A DNA stretch of 64,000 nucleotides from Octopus vulgaris (taxonomy: Eukaryota), in the NCBI GenBank assembly GCA_951406725.2, contig OX597824.1, forward strand, positions 11,966,001 to 12,030,000. The letters are read 5' to 3'. Shown piece after piece: positions 25,294 through 37,274 of this stretch; the stretch's first letter is position 1, and each line of letters starts with the position of its first letter. The notes beneath the pieces are model-generated. The model saw nothing but the letters and a program-made list of their open reading frames with translations. It ran no database searches and had not been told where the DNA came from. The position numbers and the translations under genes are program-made.

Positions 25294-28200
25294 AGAGAGA
25301 GAGAGAGAGAGAGTATGGTGGTAGGGAGAAGTTTGTTTCACAACTATGCGGTCTTGGAATCAATGCCACCACAAGGCACCTGGGGCATGTGTCTTCTACT
25401 ATTGCCTCAGCTGACCAATGCTTTATGAGTGAAACAGGTAGAGAGAAACTGTATGGAAGCCCCCTCCACCATCTGTGTATACATACATACCCACACACGT
25501 ACATGTGTGGGTTTGTGCATGAAGGTTGTCACTTCTGATTCGCACACGAGACAGTCTCAGTATATAAAAAGAAATATGGTGTTGCTGAGTTTTGCATTTT
25601 TGATGCTAATTATGTCCTGTAGCTTTGCAATCACTAAAATAGTGGAAAGCGAAAACATCCTTCGTTGTAAACAGAGGAAAAGGAGTGGCAAAAGGGAGCC
25701 CACCCAGCCCTAGAAATAGTGCCTCTACTGAGAACCTACCCAGCTTATGCCACCTCAGAAAAATGGACATCAAACAATCACCATCATCATCGTTTAACAT
25801 CCGTTTTCCATGCTAGCATGGGTTGGACGGTTCGACCGGGGTCTGGGAAGCCAGGAGGCTGCACCAGGCTCCAGCCTGATCTGGCAGTGTTTCTACACCT
25901 GGATACCCTTTCTAATGCCAACCACTCCATGAGTGTAGTCTACTCTGTGATGTATGTATGTATGTATGTATATATATATATTATAAATGAGCTCTCTCAC
26001 ACACACTAGTGTATAAAGCTTATCTGAATAATTGAACTTTTCTATTGTCTACGATTATTACTGAATAGGTGGATGGCTTCATCTTAACACAGTCTTGAAA
26101 TCAGAAGCTGTGACATCATTTTGAACTATGTAAGTAATACAGCATCCTATTATGCTCTAGTCTAATATGTAAGAAGAAATGAAAACAACTGAAGACCTCC
26201 ACAACAAGTAATTAGATTTCATAGCTTTGATGGATGCACTAAAGAAAGGGACGATAATAATTGAGAAACTGTTCATCAAGTGATGAACATAAAATCCTAT
26301 CAAGATTTTGACACCAAACTGTTTTATGTACTTCAAATCAATAAACCTTGAGAAATAACTAATTAGAAATAAATGCTATGCTATATTATTTAAACTAAAC
26401 ACAGAGTAAGAAAGAAAGAAAGAAAGAAAGAAATTATAAAATCTCATTCCATGACCCAAGTAATTTATTTTGTTCGCTGCTTGTTGTAATTAGATGTAAC
26501 TATGAAGTGGGACGGCCGTTGCTTCTGGATAGCATTGAATGAAATAATAAAGAATGATGGGACATAAGGAGAAATACAGTGACCAGGAGGTTTAAATCAT
26601 AGGGTCTTGAGCTCAAGCTTTACATCAGCCATCATGCTTCGTGCCGGATGAATTAACAAGAAATTACTTCAAGTACCCAAGTTTGTGGAAAAAAAAAAAA
26701 AAAAAAAAAAAAGAAATGTCCCATCCATTCTATCACAAAAAGGGGAAAAGAAATGATAAATAAAAGTATATATAAAAAAAATATAGAAATGGAGAGAAAA
26801 AAAAAAAACAATGTCTGTAAAGTTAAGTCATCTGTGTTTGAATTCTGCTCTAGACATTGAGTCATACCTTGTTGAAAGTCACACAACACGTTGTACAACT
26901 GACAATTTGATACCAGTCATTATCTGACAATTGGGTGGTGAGTGTTAGAAAGAACATGCAGATGTGGGGGACGGGGAGGGAGACAATAGCTCCGCTTCAT
27001 GTTGTCAGTCACTACTACTGTTAGTGAGGTTGAAGATCTGGTGGAGTTGATATATAGAATATAGAATATTTACAGGTCTTCCATTTGTCAGTTGAAAAAC
27101 GTGAAGACCAATGCTCAATAGCCTGCCAAAGCTCTCTTAGAATGTTAAACTGGGATAACATAGTATTATTATTATTATTATTGTTGTTGTTGATGTTAAT
27201 GTTACAAGTAAGATGGATATAATGCAATGAAATAAAGATTGTCAGTCTTGAAAAAAAAAAAAAAAATAATAACAGTGTTAGATGATGTGTTTAATTCCGA
27301 TGGCTGAGATAGAAGTTTCAAGTGGGATAAAAGATTTATCAAATAATGGTTCAGATGTAGAGTTGGCATAATACCAAGAATTTTGAAGGAGCAGAAAGGT
27401 GTTTTAGAAGAAATTTTGAGAGACACAGCGCAGTTGGGCCTTAGCTATTTCGTAGGTATCTTTGTATATTTTTTTTTTGTTTATTCAAGGCCTTCAACAG
27501 TCTAGAAAAATTTACAATTACATATTTATTGTGCGAGTCTGACCAAGCTATTCTGGAAATGCCAAGGTTTCCTACGAGTAAATAATAACCACTGGCCTCA
27601 CAAAGATCACCCAAAAGAAAATCAGAGTGTGTCTAGAACAAGCTTAGCAAAAGAGTGAAAGTTAGCCATGTTGATGACACAACAATTATTTCAAACAGGT
27701 TAAAGTCAGCTATAAAGTTGAGACAGTGTCATGTGACAACTTGCTGGGGCTACCTGCTGGAGCCTAGCAGCAGGTATTTAAAGGGAAATTTGACAAGGCA
27801 GGCAGTCGCCTGCTGACACTCGTTGAAGCTACATCGAAGAAGCCAGGGAACAGAAGAAAGAAGACATGCACTCAACACCAGAGCTGAAGACACCTCCGAA
27901 AGGCAGGGTGGTCCCACCACGTCAAAACGGTAGAGGAGTAGGGGCCGAAACCAGACGTGGTTCCTCCTGATGATGTCTTGAGCTAACTGGATCCTATAAA
28001 GGAGCTGTTGTGGTAGCAGACCACGAAACATGGATGAAATTTCTTCCATTCCCATCAATATTTAACCAATTTCTTCTCAACAGAAAAGGGTTTGATGGTT
28101 CTGAAAATATTTACACTTCCATGTTTTTTACAGCTGATAACCTAAGTCTCATGCTGACGGCTTATGGGGAAACATCTATTTCCAGCTAATGTTGATTTGC

Positions 28201-31200
28201 TTCATAATCGTTGCTTTACTTATTTTGGCACAAGGCCAGCAATTCTAAGGGATGGGGAAGTTGATTACATCAACCTCAGTGTTCAACTGTTACTAATCTT
28301 ATCAGCCCTGTAAGGATGAAAAGCAAAGTCTCAGCAGTCTTTGAATCCAGACAAAGTGCTGCTAGGCATTTTCTCCAGCACGCTAACAATTCTGTCTAAT
28401 GGTTCTGCCATCGTAAATAACACCAAGTCTAAACCTAATAAAGTATTGGGAATGATATAACATTGAAGATGGTCTAAAAAGGGGGGCAGAGAGAAGCAGA
28501 CATTATTTCTTGTGTAAACCATAGGCCTGTTCTAGTAATGGAATGATAATGATTATAATGGTCAAATAAGAAGTCTCATGATGTTGGAAGATCAAGATAG
28601 TGTTGGAGAGAAATGGAAGTTCACAATGATTTTAAACACACGCACACTGAATTTAGCCATAAGACAGTCTCGTCCAGCAACATTAAACACTGTTAGTAAT
28701 TACGACATGTAGCCAAAGATTAATAAACGAAACCAACTAAACAACTATTGTAATAGTTCTCATCCAGTCACAAGAAGATCTCTTAAGATATATCTTTAGT
28801 TTAGTGATTGTATGGCATTCATTGTGTTCCTCGCTTTCTAACAGTACTAGCAACATCATAAAAAAAATTGTGAAGACATTATGTAATTATTGAGAAGAAT
28901 AGTGTCCCAATTATGTCAATAGTATTCTGTAGAAGACCAAGGAGTCTCTTCCAGTTGAGCCACAACTTCTCTGCATTCAGAGGTGACAGCTTCAGTACTA
29001 TGAACAGCTGATTAAAATGTCACAGGACAGAACTGCAAGATGGGTTCTTCAAGTTGAGCCAACAGACAGGAAACTGAGAGGTAGACCAAGAATAAGATGG
29101 ATGGATGATGTCCATAGTTTCAGTTGGCCATGCTTGGGAATCCAGCCAGAAAATATTACGACAGTTGCTTCTGATAAAACCATTCCAAAGAGATGGCTGA
29201 GAACGCTATAGCCTACAACCCTCCCAGGGACAGTAATGGTGGAGAAGGAGAAAAATGGACCATTTTGTAGAAGTTAAAATTGGAAGTTTCTTCATTTATA
29301 ATTTAGTCAGTATATAGAATGAATAATAAAGAGAAACACATATTTAAAACTAAAGGCTATTTACTTTACTAATGTGATGTATAATAAATAGCAATATATA
29401 TATATATGTACAATATTTATACCACAAATGAAACAGCTATGATCACAACCATTGTATGTTAGTCAATATGAAACAAATGAAATCATGCAAACAAGATTTA
29501 TTTTCTCAAACTTACTCCAACAGACTGGTAACTACAATACAACTGATTGATCAGTATCATAAACATTTAAAATAGAAGCTTTAGGAAATGGGATACAGAC
29601 AGGATAGTTTTGAAATTTCTTACTAATTCAGGGAAGTGGTAACAAAAGATGATCCGTCTAAAGCAAATTAAATAATCTTTTTTTTTTTTTTTAATTTTAG
29701 ATTTGTAATTTTCTCAAGAATTCAAACTAGACATGACAGATTAGATAAAGATGTTTCATTATTCAGACAGGTTTTTATCAGAGAGTTTAGGTTAGATTTT
29801 GAAATCCAAGAAATCAAAGACACTTCAAAATGAATAGTTTTTTTTCTTTCTTTTAAATCAAAATTTTAAAACAAAGCTAGTAAAATTAAGTTAAATAAAT
29901 GGACAATTTTTTTTCAAGTTAAAATATATTTACATCAATACACAATAATTTTTTAAAAAAAAAAACCATTGTCATAAATAAATATAACTTTTTTTCTTTT
30001 TCTTTATGTAAAATACATAAAGAATCACTGGTTTGGTAGAGTTTGAAGTGTCTGTGATTTGAAACTGATACAATAATCATGTCAGGAGTAATAAGGAAGC
30101 TAAAGAAGGAGCAGTTATGGCAGGAAAGAAGCAAGGTCAGATGTAGTAGTAGTAGTAGTAAAAGTAGTAGTAGTAGCAGTCTGGACATCATATGGTAAGT
30201 GAACAACATAAAGAGTAATGAAAAGAAGAGGAGCTTACTGACTTGAGAATCTACAGTGGCTTTACCCAACAGATTTGGTGCAGGAACTCTGGAAAACAAC
30301 AAGAAACTTCATGAGTATAAAGATATAAATAGAAAATTGGGTTTTTTTTTTGGTTTACTTTTACTTATTATTCTTCTATTTAGGTGCCCCTGTGTTGGAT
30401 GATATGTATGAAGCTGTCAGAGTACATCAGCAGGATTAGTTAAGGGTCACACTCAATGCCCAAATGCTGTGATGCTTCTTACTCTTTGAACTGTTTATGT
30501 AGTTTGAGGTTTTTCCAGGGACAAGGAGGAGCTAACCTGAAGCCCCAAAAATTGCATTTAGGAGAGTGTCAGTGGATATGTCTCTGTTGACTGCTAGCCA
30601 AGGTCCCAGAAGTGTAGGTTGCCTTCAGTCACAGATACCTGGTTGTTGGTCTTCTTGGGACCCCTCCACCAGTCTGATGGGGCAGTGTCAACACCACCAT
30701 CCTTCATGTGGTTTAGTCTGCCAAGTGAAGCAATGTACTTGGCTGTGGCACTTGGAGTCAACAAATGAGGGATTTAGAGATTTAGATTTTTGATTTGGGC
30801 AGGGGTATATTTTTAGATAATAGCATACTCTCTTACTGGAGAACTTTAATAGTCGTAATTAGCATAAGATAATTACACCCCACAGATCAAAGAAAAAAAT
30901 GCTAATTATGGATAGAGACTATTATATTACGATGAAGAAGTTGGTTAGTGATACCAGTTTAATAATAATCCTTTTTACAATAGGTTCAAGGCCTGAAATT
31001 TTGTGGGACAAGAGGGTAAGTGGATTTCACTGACCCCAATGCTCTATCGATATTTCATTGACCCCAAAAGATGAAAGGCAAAGTCAACCTTGGAAGAATT
31101 TGAATGAAATACCACTGAACATTTTGTCCAGCATGCTAACTATTTTGCCAGTTTAATAATAATAATAATAATAATAATAATGATACTTTCTACTTTAGGC

Positions 31201-33898
31201 ACAAGGACCGAAATTTTGAAGAAAGGGGCCAGTCGATTTGATCGCCCCCAATATGAAAGGATGAAATGCAAAGTCAACCTCGGTGGAATTTGAACACAGA
31301 ACATAGCGAGGGGTGAAATACTGCTCAGCACTTCGTCCAGCGTGCTAACGTTTCTGCCAATGTGCTGCCATCAGTAGTAGTAGTAGTACTAATAATAATA
31401 ATAATAATAATAATAATACAGTACCTCATTGAAATTAATTTACCTAAAGAAATAAGTATTATGTAAGAATATTATGAAGACTTTTCGTGCAATAGCAACA
31501 AGATCTCCAACACAATGGAGCTATCAATCATTTTTTTAATTGCTTTCAATTTCTGGACACTGGCCATGCTGGAATAATGATTTTTTGTCATTTTTAATTG
31601 ATATAAATCCTAGTAATTTGTCTAGTACTCGATTTATTGATCTGACAAGAAAGAATAATTTACGGCCACCTTAAAATAAAGGGACGTAACTTCAACCAAA
31701 TACTATCTTTATTTCAACACAGATCTTTTGACTATCCCTCATGAATGGTTTCTGCACGATTTCCACCAGCTAGTAATATTTTCAATACTTCACTATATCA
31801 ATATAATAATCTAATCGCTTTTAGCCCATCTATAAACCATAATCCTTATATATATATATATAGTAACAACAATAATTCTGGGATGGAATTCATAAATTTT
31901 ACTATATGACTTTGACATCAGAGTCGGTATCACCCATACTAAGATCAACTGGATCCCATGGATAATACGGACTCTACTATACTAATCCCATGACACGACT
32001 CTGCTGTCAAAATCATGTGATTTGGGGAAACGTGTGTAGTGATGTATTAAATATTTATAAATCCCATCCTATAATTATACTTATTCTACATTATAACCAT
32101 AATGCAACCCCGGAAAACTGACTTACTCATCAGTATCATTAGACTGTAGATGGCATAATGAAATAGGAGCTTTATTTGCATACCCCTAATGTCACCTTAG
32201 ATTTAATTATATATATACACACACACACATACACATGTACAATGGGCTTCTTTCAGTTTCTGTCTACCAAATCCACTCACATGGCTTTACTTGAAGACAC
32301 TTGCCCAGGGTGCTACACAGTACACAGTGTGACTGAACCCAGAACCATGTGGTTGGAAGCAAGTTTCTTACCACACAGCCATGTCTATGCCTGAATATCT
32401 TTATATATAAAAGTGAAGTTGTGTGTCTGTCTCCTACGATTTAGATTCCTAACTACTCCCACATTTTGCAGTGCAGTTTAACCAAAACCGGGTATCTTAT
32501 AGTCGTGATTCATATCGAGCCTTTCTGGACATTAGCACGCGTCTACGATTTAAAAAAAAATTTACCATCATTTTTTCCCCATTTTAATGCATTTTTTCGC
32601 TATTATGTAAGGGAAGTAACTCTCTAAAAATGTCTACGATGAGTCATCGATTTTTAAAAAAATTTACCATAATTTTTTTCCCATTTTTTGGCTATAGCTC
32701 TCTAAAAATGCTTATATAGTTATTTCCCTTACAAACCCGAGCAACGCCAGGCGATACTGCTAGTATATATATATATATATATATATATATAATGACTGCC
32801 CTCACTGCCGAAACAGCTGTCAGTTTTGATTTAATTGCATATTATATTTGAAATTTTTTATTTATATCTCTTTATCTTTTTACTATTACTGTATATCTCA
32901 TTTTGTATAATGCCTTTACTCATATGTAATGGTGTATTAAAGTATTGATTGGGTATCATCGGATAGTTGATGTTTTATTGATTTAAGTATGTTTCTCCAT
33001 TCTCTAATTTTGTATTATATATATATATATATATTATTTGTTCATTTAACGTCTGTTATTCCATGATGGCAAGAGCTAGACAAGGATTTGAGAGAAAATT
33101 TTATGCCTAAATGCTTTTCCTGCCACCAATCCTTACCTGTTTTTCATGAAAAGAATTTTTTTTTTTATTCCATATGTTTTTGTAAGTGCAGAGCAACCAG
33201 TAATATTATCAGTATATGTCAATATCATTTTATCCAAGCAAAACTATGGAAAGTCAACACTGATGCAAATTCACACACAACAAACACCACACAAACATAT
33301 CATCATCATCATCGCTTAACGTCAGCTTTCCATGCTGGCATGGGTTGGACATCAGAGATTATCAGTAGAGAAGACGCTTAAAACTGCTCAAATGACTCCA
33401 ATGTCTTTACAGGTGATAAATTCTTTACTCATGGGAGCAAGTTGAGCAAATATAGAGGCAATTAAACAGATAAACAAATTAGATATCTTAAATATAACAG
33501 TTTGGATATGAAATACAAAATATGTCTATATGTATACATGCAAAACACGAGAAAACAGAAAGTGGAGACTTTCAGACGATGAATATTTAAGTATAAATAT
33601 ATAAACATCTATATTAATAGACCCAAATTGTTATATTTAATATACCTAATTTGTTTATCCACATAACTGAGTCTCTCTCTCTCTGTATGTATATCCCTCT
33701 CTCTCTTTGGGAGAGGCACAAGCACCTACACGCACATATGCACACACGGCAGTAACTTCCACCTACCGAATTCAATCACAAAGCTCCGGTCAGCTCGGGG
33801 CTATAGTGAAAGACACCTACCCAAAGTGCCACGCAGTGGGACTGAACCCGAAACCATATAGCTAGGAAGCAAGCTCCCTAACCACACAGCCATGCCCG

Positions 33899-33987
<89 letters not shown>

Positions 33988-34116
33988 TATATGATGGGCT
34001 TCCTGTAATTTCCACCAACAAAATTCACTCACAAGTTCTTCATCAGCCCAAGGATGTGTGTGTTGTGCAGTGGGACTGAACTCCAAACCACATGGTTTGG
34101 AAACCTACTTCTTAAC

Positions 34117-34147
<31 letters not shown>

Positions 34148-36766
34148 GTATAATAAAACCACATAAATACCTGCTATCTTTGGTCTTTGGGGTAGAAACT
34201 GCTGATCCAGTTGATGTAGTCGGTGTAGTTGTTGTTGAAGTAGTAGTAGTAGTACTAACAGATGTAGTGGTTGTAGTCTCCGTAGTAGATCCTGTTGCAG
34301 GTTTATTGCTGTCAGAATCTGACTGTGAGTCCTCAGCACTAGATGAAAGACTAGCTCGCCTGTAGCGTTTTACTACAGGTTTTGGAAGTGTTTGTGCTGG
34401 TGGTACAGGACTTTTTGACTTAGAACGCGGTCTGAAGAACATGAATAAAATTATTAATAGATTAAAAAAAAAACCAACTGAAGATTTTATTTTCACTATC
34501 AACATACTTTAACAATGTGCTAAAAAATATTGGAAACCGGGTTGCCAAATTAAAATTCACTTGATAAGACATTTCAAACTAAGTAAAATTGTGATCTTCC
34601 ACATATACAGGCTTGTCCTTTCAGTGCTGCATAAATGCACCCGTGCTGATGATACCTAAAAGCACCCAGAACACTCTGTTAAGTGGCTGGTGTTAGGAAG
34701 GGCACTCAGTCATAGAAACCATGCTTCAACAGACAGCTGGAGTCTGGATAGCTCCTTGTTAGCTAGTTCCATGTCAAACTGTCCAACCCATGCCCACATA
34801 GAAAGTGGACGGCAAACAATGATGATTAGCAAAATATTCTTTGGCTTAGAAACAGAATTAGCTAATGAAAAATTGCCCAATTAGCTAAATATACAGTTAC
34901 TAGAAATGCATCGTTTGAAGTATTCATCATCATTGTTTAACGTCCGCTTTCCATGCTAGTATGGGTTGGACGATTTTGACTGAGGGCTGGCAAACCAGAT
35001 GGCTGCACCAGGCTCCAATCTTGATCTGGCAGAGTTTCTACAGCTGGATGATCTTCCTAATGCCGACCACTCCGAGACTGTATTATGACAATAAATTTTT
35101 TAAAAAAACCTTTTCAAATTAAACTAAAGTTAATTTAATAAACTGGTCAATCATAACAAAGCCGTGCTTGTCATCATCCACTTCTGTAAAGCATTTGATT
35201 CCATCAACAAGAATGTTATGCTCAAGATCTTAAGTACTTATGGTGTTCTGGATTTCATTGTTGAAGCGAAACCTATGTCAATGCTTCATCTACAGTGGTT
35301 CCTCCCTAAAGAGAAACTGATTATTTGAGCTAAACACTGAGAGTCCTACAAAGTGACCCTTTGGCTCCCTATCTCTTCAATGTGACTCTGGATTATACTC
35401 TGAGAAGTGCCATTTGCAGATGATATCTGCCTTCTTGAAGATAACTTGTCAGCAGTCCAGTATTTACTCCATTATGTGGAGAGAGCTACCCAAGAAATTT
35501 GTTCTTGAATGCATCAAAAACAAAGTATGTACACCTAATACCATCTATCCTCTCCTCCATTGTGTTCACTTGATGGAACCAAAATTGAAAAAGTCGAGGA
35601 GTTCGAGTACTTGGGTGGCTACACCATTACTTCTTTTGATGTCTCTACCAGTGATCAGTCAAGCCTGGGGGGGTTATACACTCTCTTTGTAAAATCAGAA
35701 CTGCACAAGTCAACTGATCCACCAAAATCAGGGTTTTTAACCCTTTCGTTACTGTATTTATTTTGAGATGCTCTGTGTTTCTCCCAATTATTTTAGATAT
35801 ATCAAAGAATTTAGTAAAATAACTTAGTTACCATTAAGCTAGTGTTAGGAACATAAATTGTGACTAAGGTTTGGTGGAAGATTTTAATTCAAAACTTAAG
35901 AAAACAAGACATTTGTACTACAGAACCAGAGCCGGTTTCAGCCGGGTTGGTAACGAAAGGGTTTCCAAAGCCCCTGTGGAATCAATCCTCCTTTATGGCT
36001 GAGTCATGGGCTCTGACACCTGCACTGACAAGGAAGCTAGATGCTAACTACATTCGCCTCTTAATATCTCTTGGTAGTCGCACACAACTAATAAAATTTT
36101 ATATGGGCGTCTTCTGAAGATTTCAAATCTCATACGAAAGAGTTGTCTAGCTCTTGCTGGACATGTAAAGAGATGTAGTGAATATTACTGTCCCCGCTGA
36201 TGTCACACGTAAACGTGGCCGTCCGAACCTGACCCTCAAGAAAATCATTGACAAAGACACTGAACTACAGCGACTTGAATGCGATGCAGGTCTGCAATAC
36301 ATGAAAGTATCATCTCATGGTATCACCCACTAAAGTTGGACGAATTTACAAAAAAAAAAAAAAAAGACGAGACGGATAGCTACCAACTGCTTCAGGGGAG
36401 GTAACTTTATTAACACACCTGCGAACACTACAATTTGTTGATTAGGTTGCAAGGGTCTTACTTTTAAGTCATGAAAGATCCTTTTCCTTTATCGTATTCA
36501 ACACTCCAGTAGAGAATATAATTAAACAGGATAACAATATCTCATAGTTGTTTCTATCAAACCAATAGTAAGTTTAATAATGCATAGTGATTATGGCATC
36601 AGGAGCTGGCAGGTGGGGAAGATATGTCTATACTGTCACTATATATATATACATATATATACATACATACACAAGAGGTGTATGAAAAGTTTTGAGCATT
36701 CAAGGCCTTCCAGCCTCGTATCATGTTTTGTTTTTTTTGAGGCTCAAGACTTTTCATACACCCCAC

Positions 36767-36803
<37 letters not shown>

Positions 36804-37221
36804 TGCAGCGTGGAAGGTGTTTATAAGCCATTTAAGAAACACACAAAAGCCGTTCGATTCACTCCAACATTTAAGTTTAATTTGTCAAAACATTTTCGTC
36901 GCCAAAATCCGCGACCTGTTCACTGACCTGTTGAAGTGAATCGAACGGCTTTTGTGTGTTTCTTAAATGGCTTATAAACACCTTCCACGCTGCAATTGTT
37001 TTCGTTTCAGCACACGATCTCAGATCAAATTACTTGCTATGCGAGTACATCTCCGTAATCATCATCATCATCATCGTTTAGCGTCCGCTTTCCATGCTAG
37101 CATGGGTTGGACGGGTCAACTGGGGTCTGTGAAGCTGGAAGGCTTCGTCAGGCCCAGTCAGATCTGGCAGTGTTTCTACGGCTGGATGCCCTTCCTAACG
37201 CCAACCACTCCGCGAGTGTAG

Positions 37222-37274
<53 letters not shown>

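Noticed and set aside
27880-27945. CTGAAGA followed by a GAAA-containing hairpin
   Set aside because: No correctly placed GAAA box or stem I/III after the hairpin, so it does not fit a hammerhead fold.
29919-30242. Hydrophobic read-through ORF suggesting a membrane-anchored CLASRP isoform
   Set aside because: The poly-Leu comes from a (CTA)n repeat and T-rich intron sequence; nothing supports coding.
31995-32045. Further hammerhead candidate (CTGCTGT..hairpin..GAAACGTGTGTA)
   Set aside because: The core box is mutated and stem I cannot be paired convincingly.
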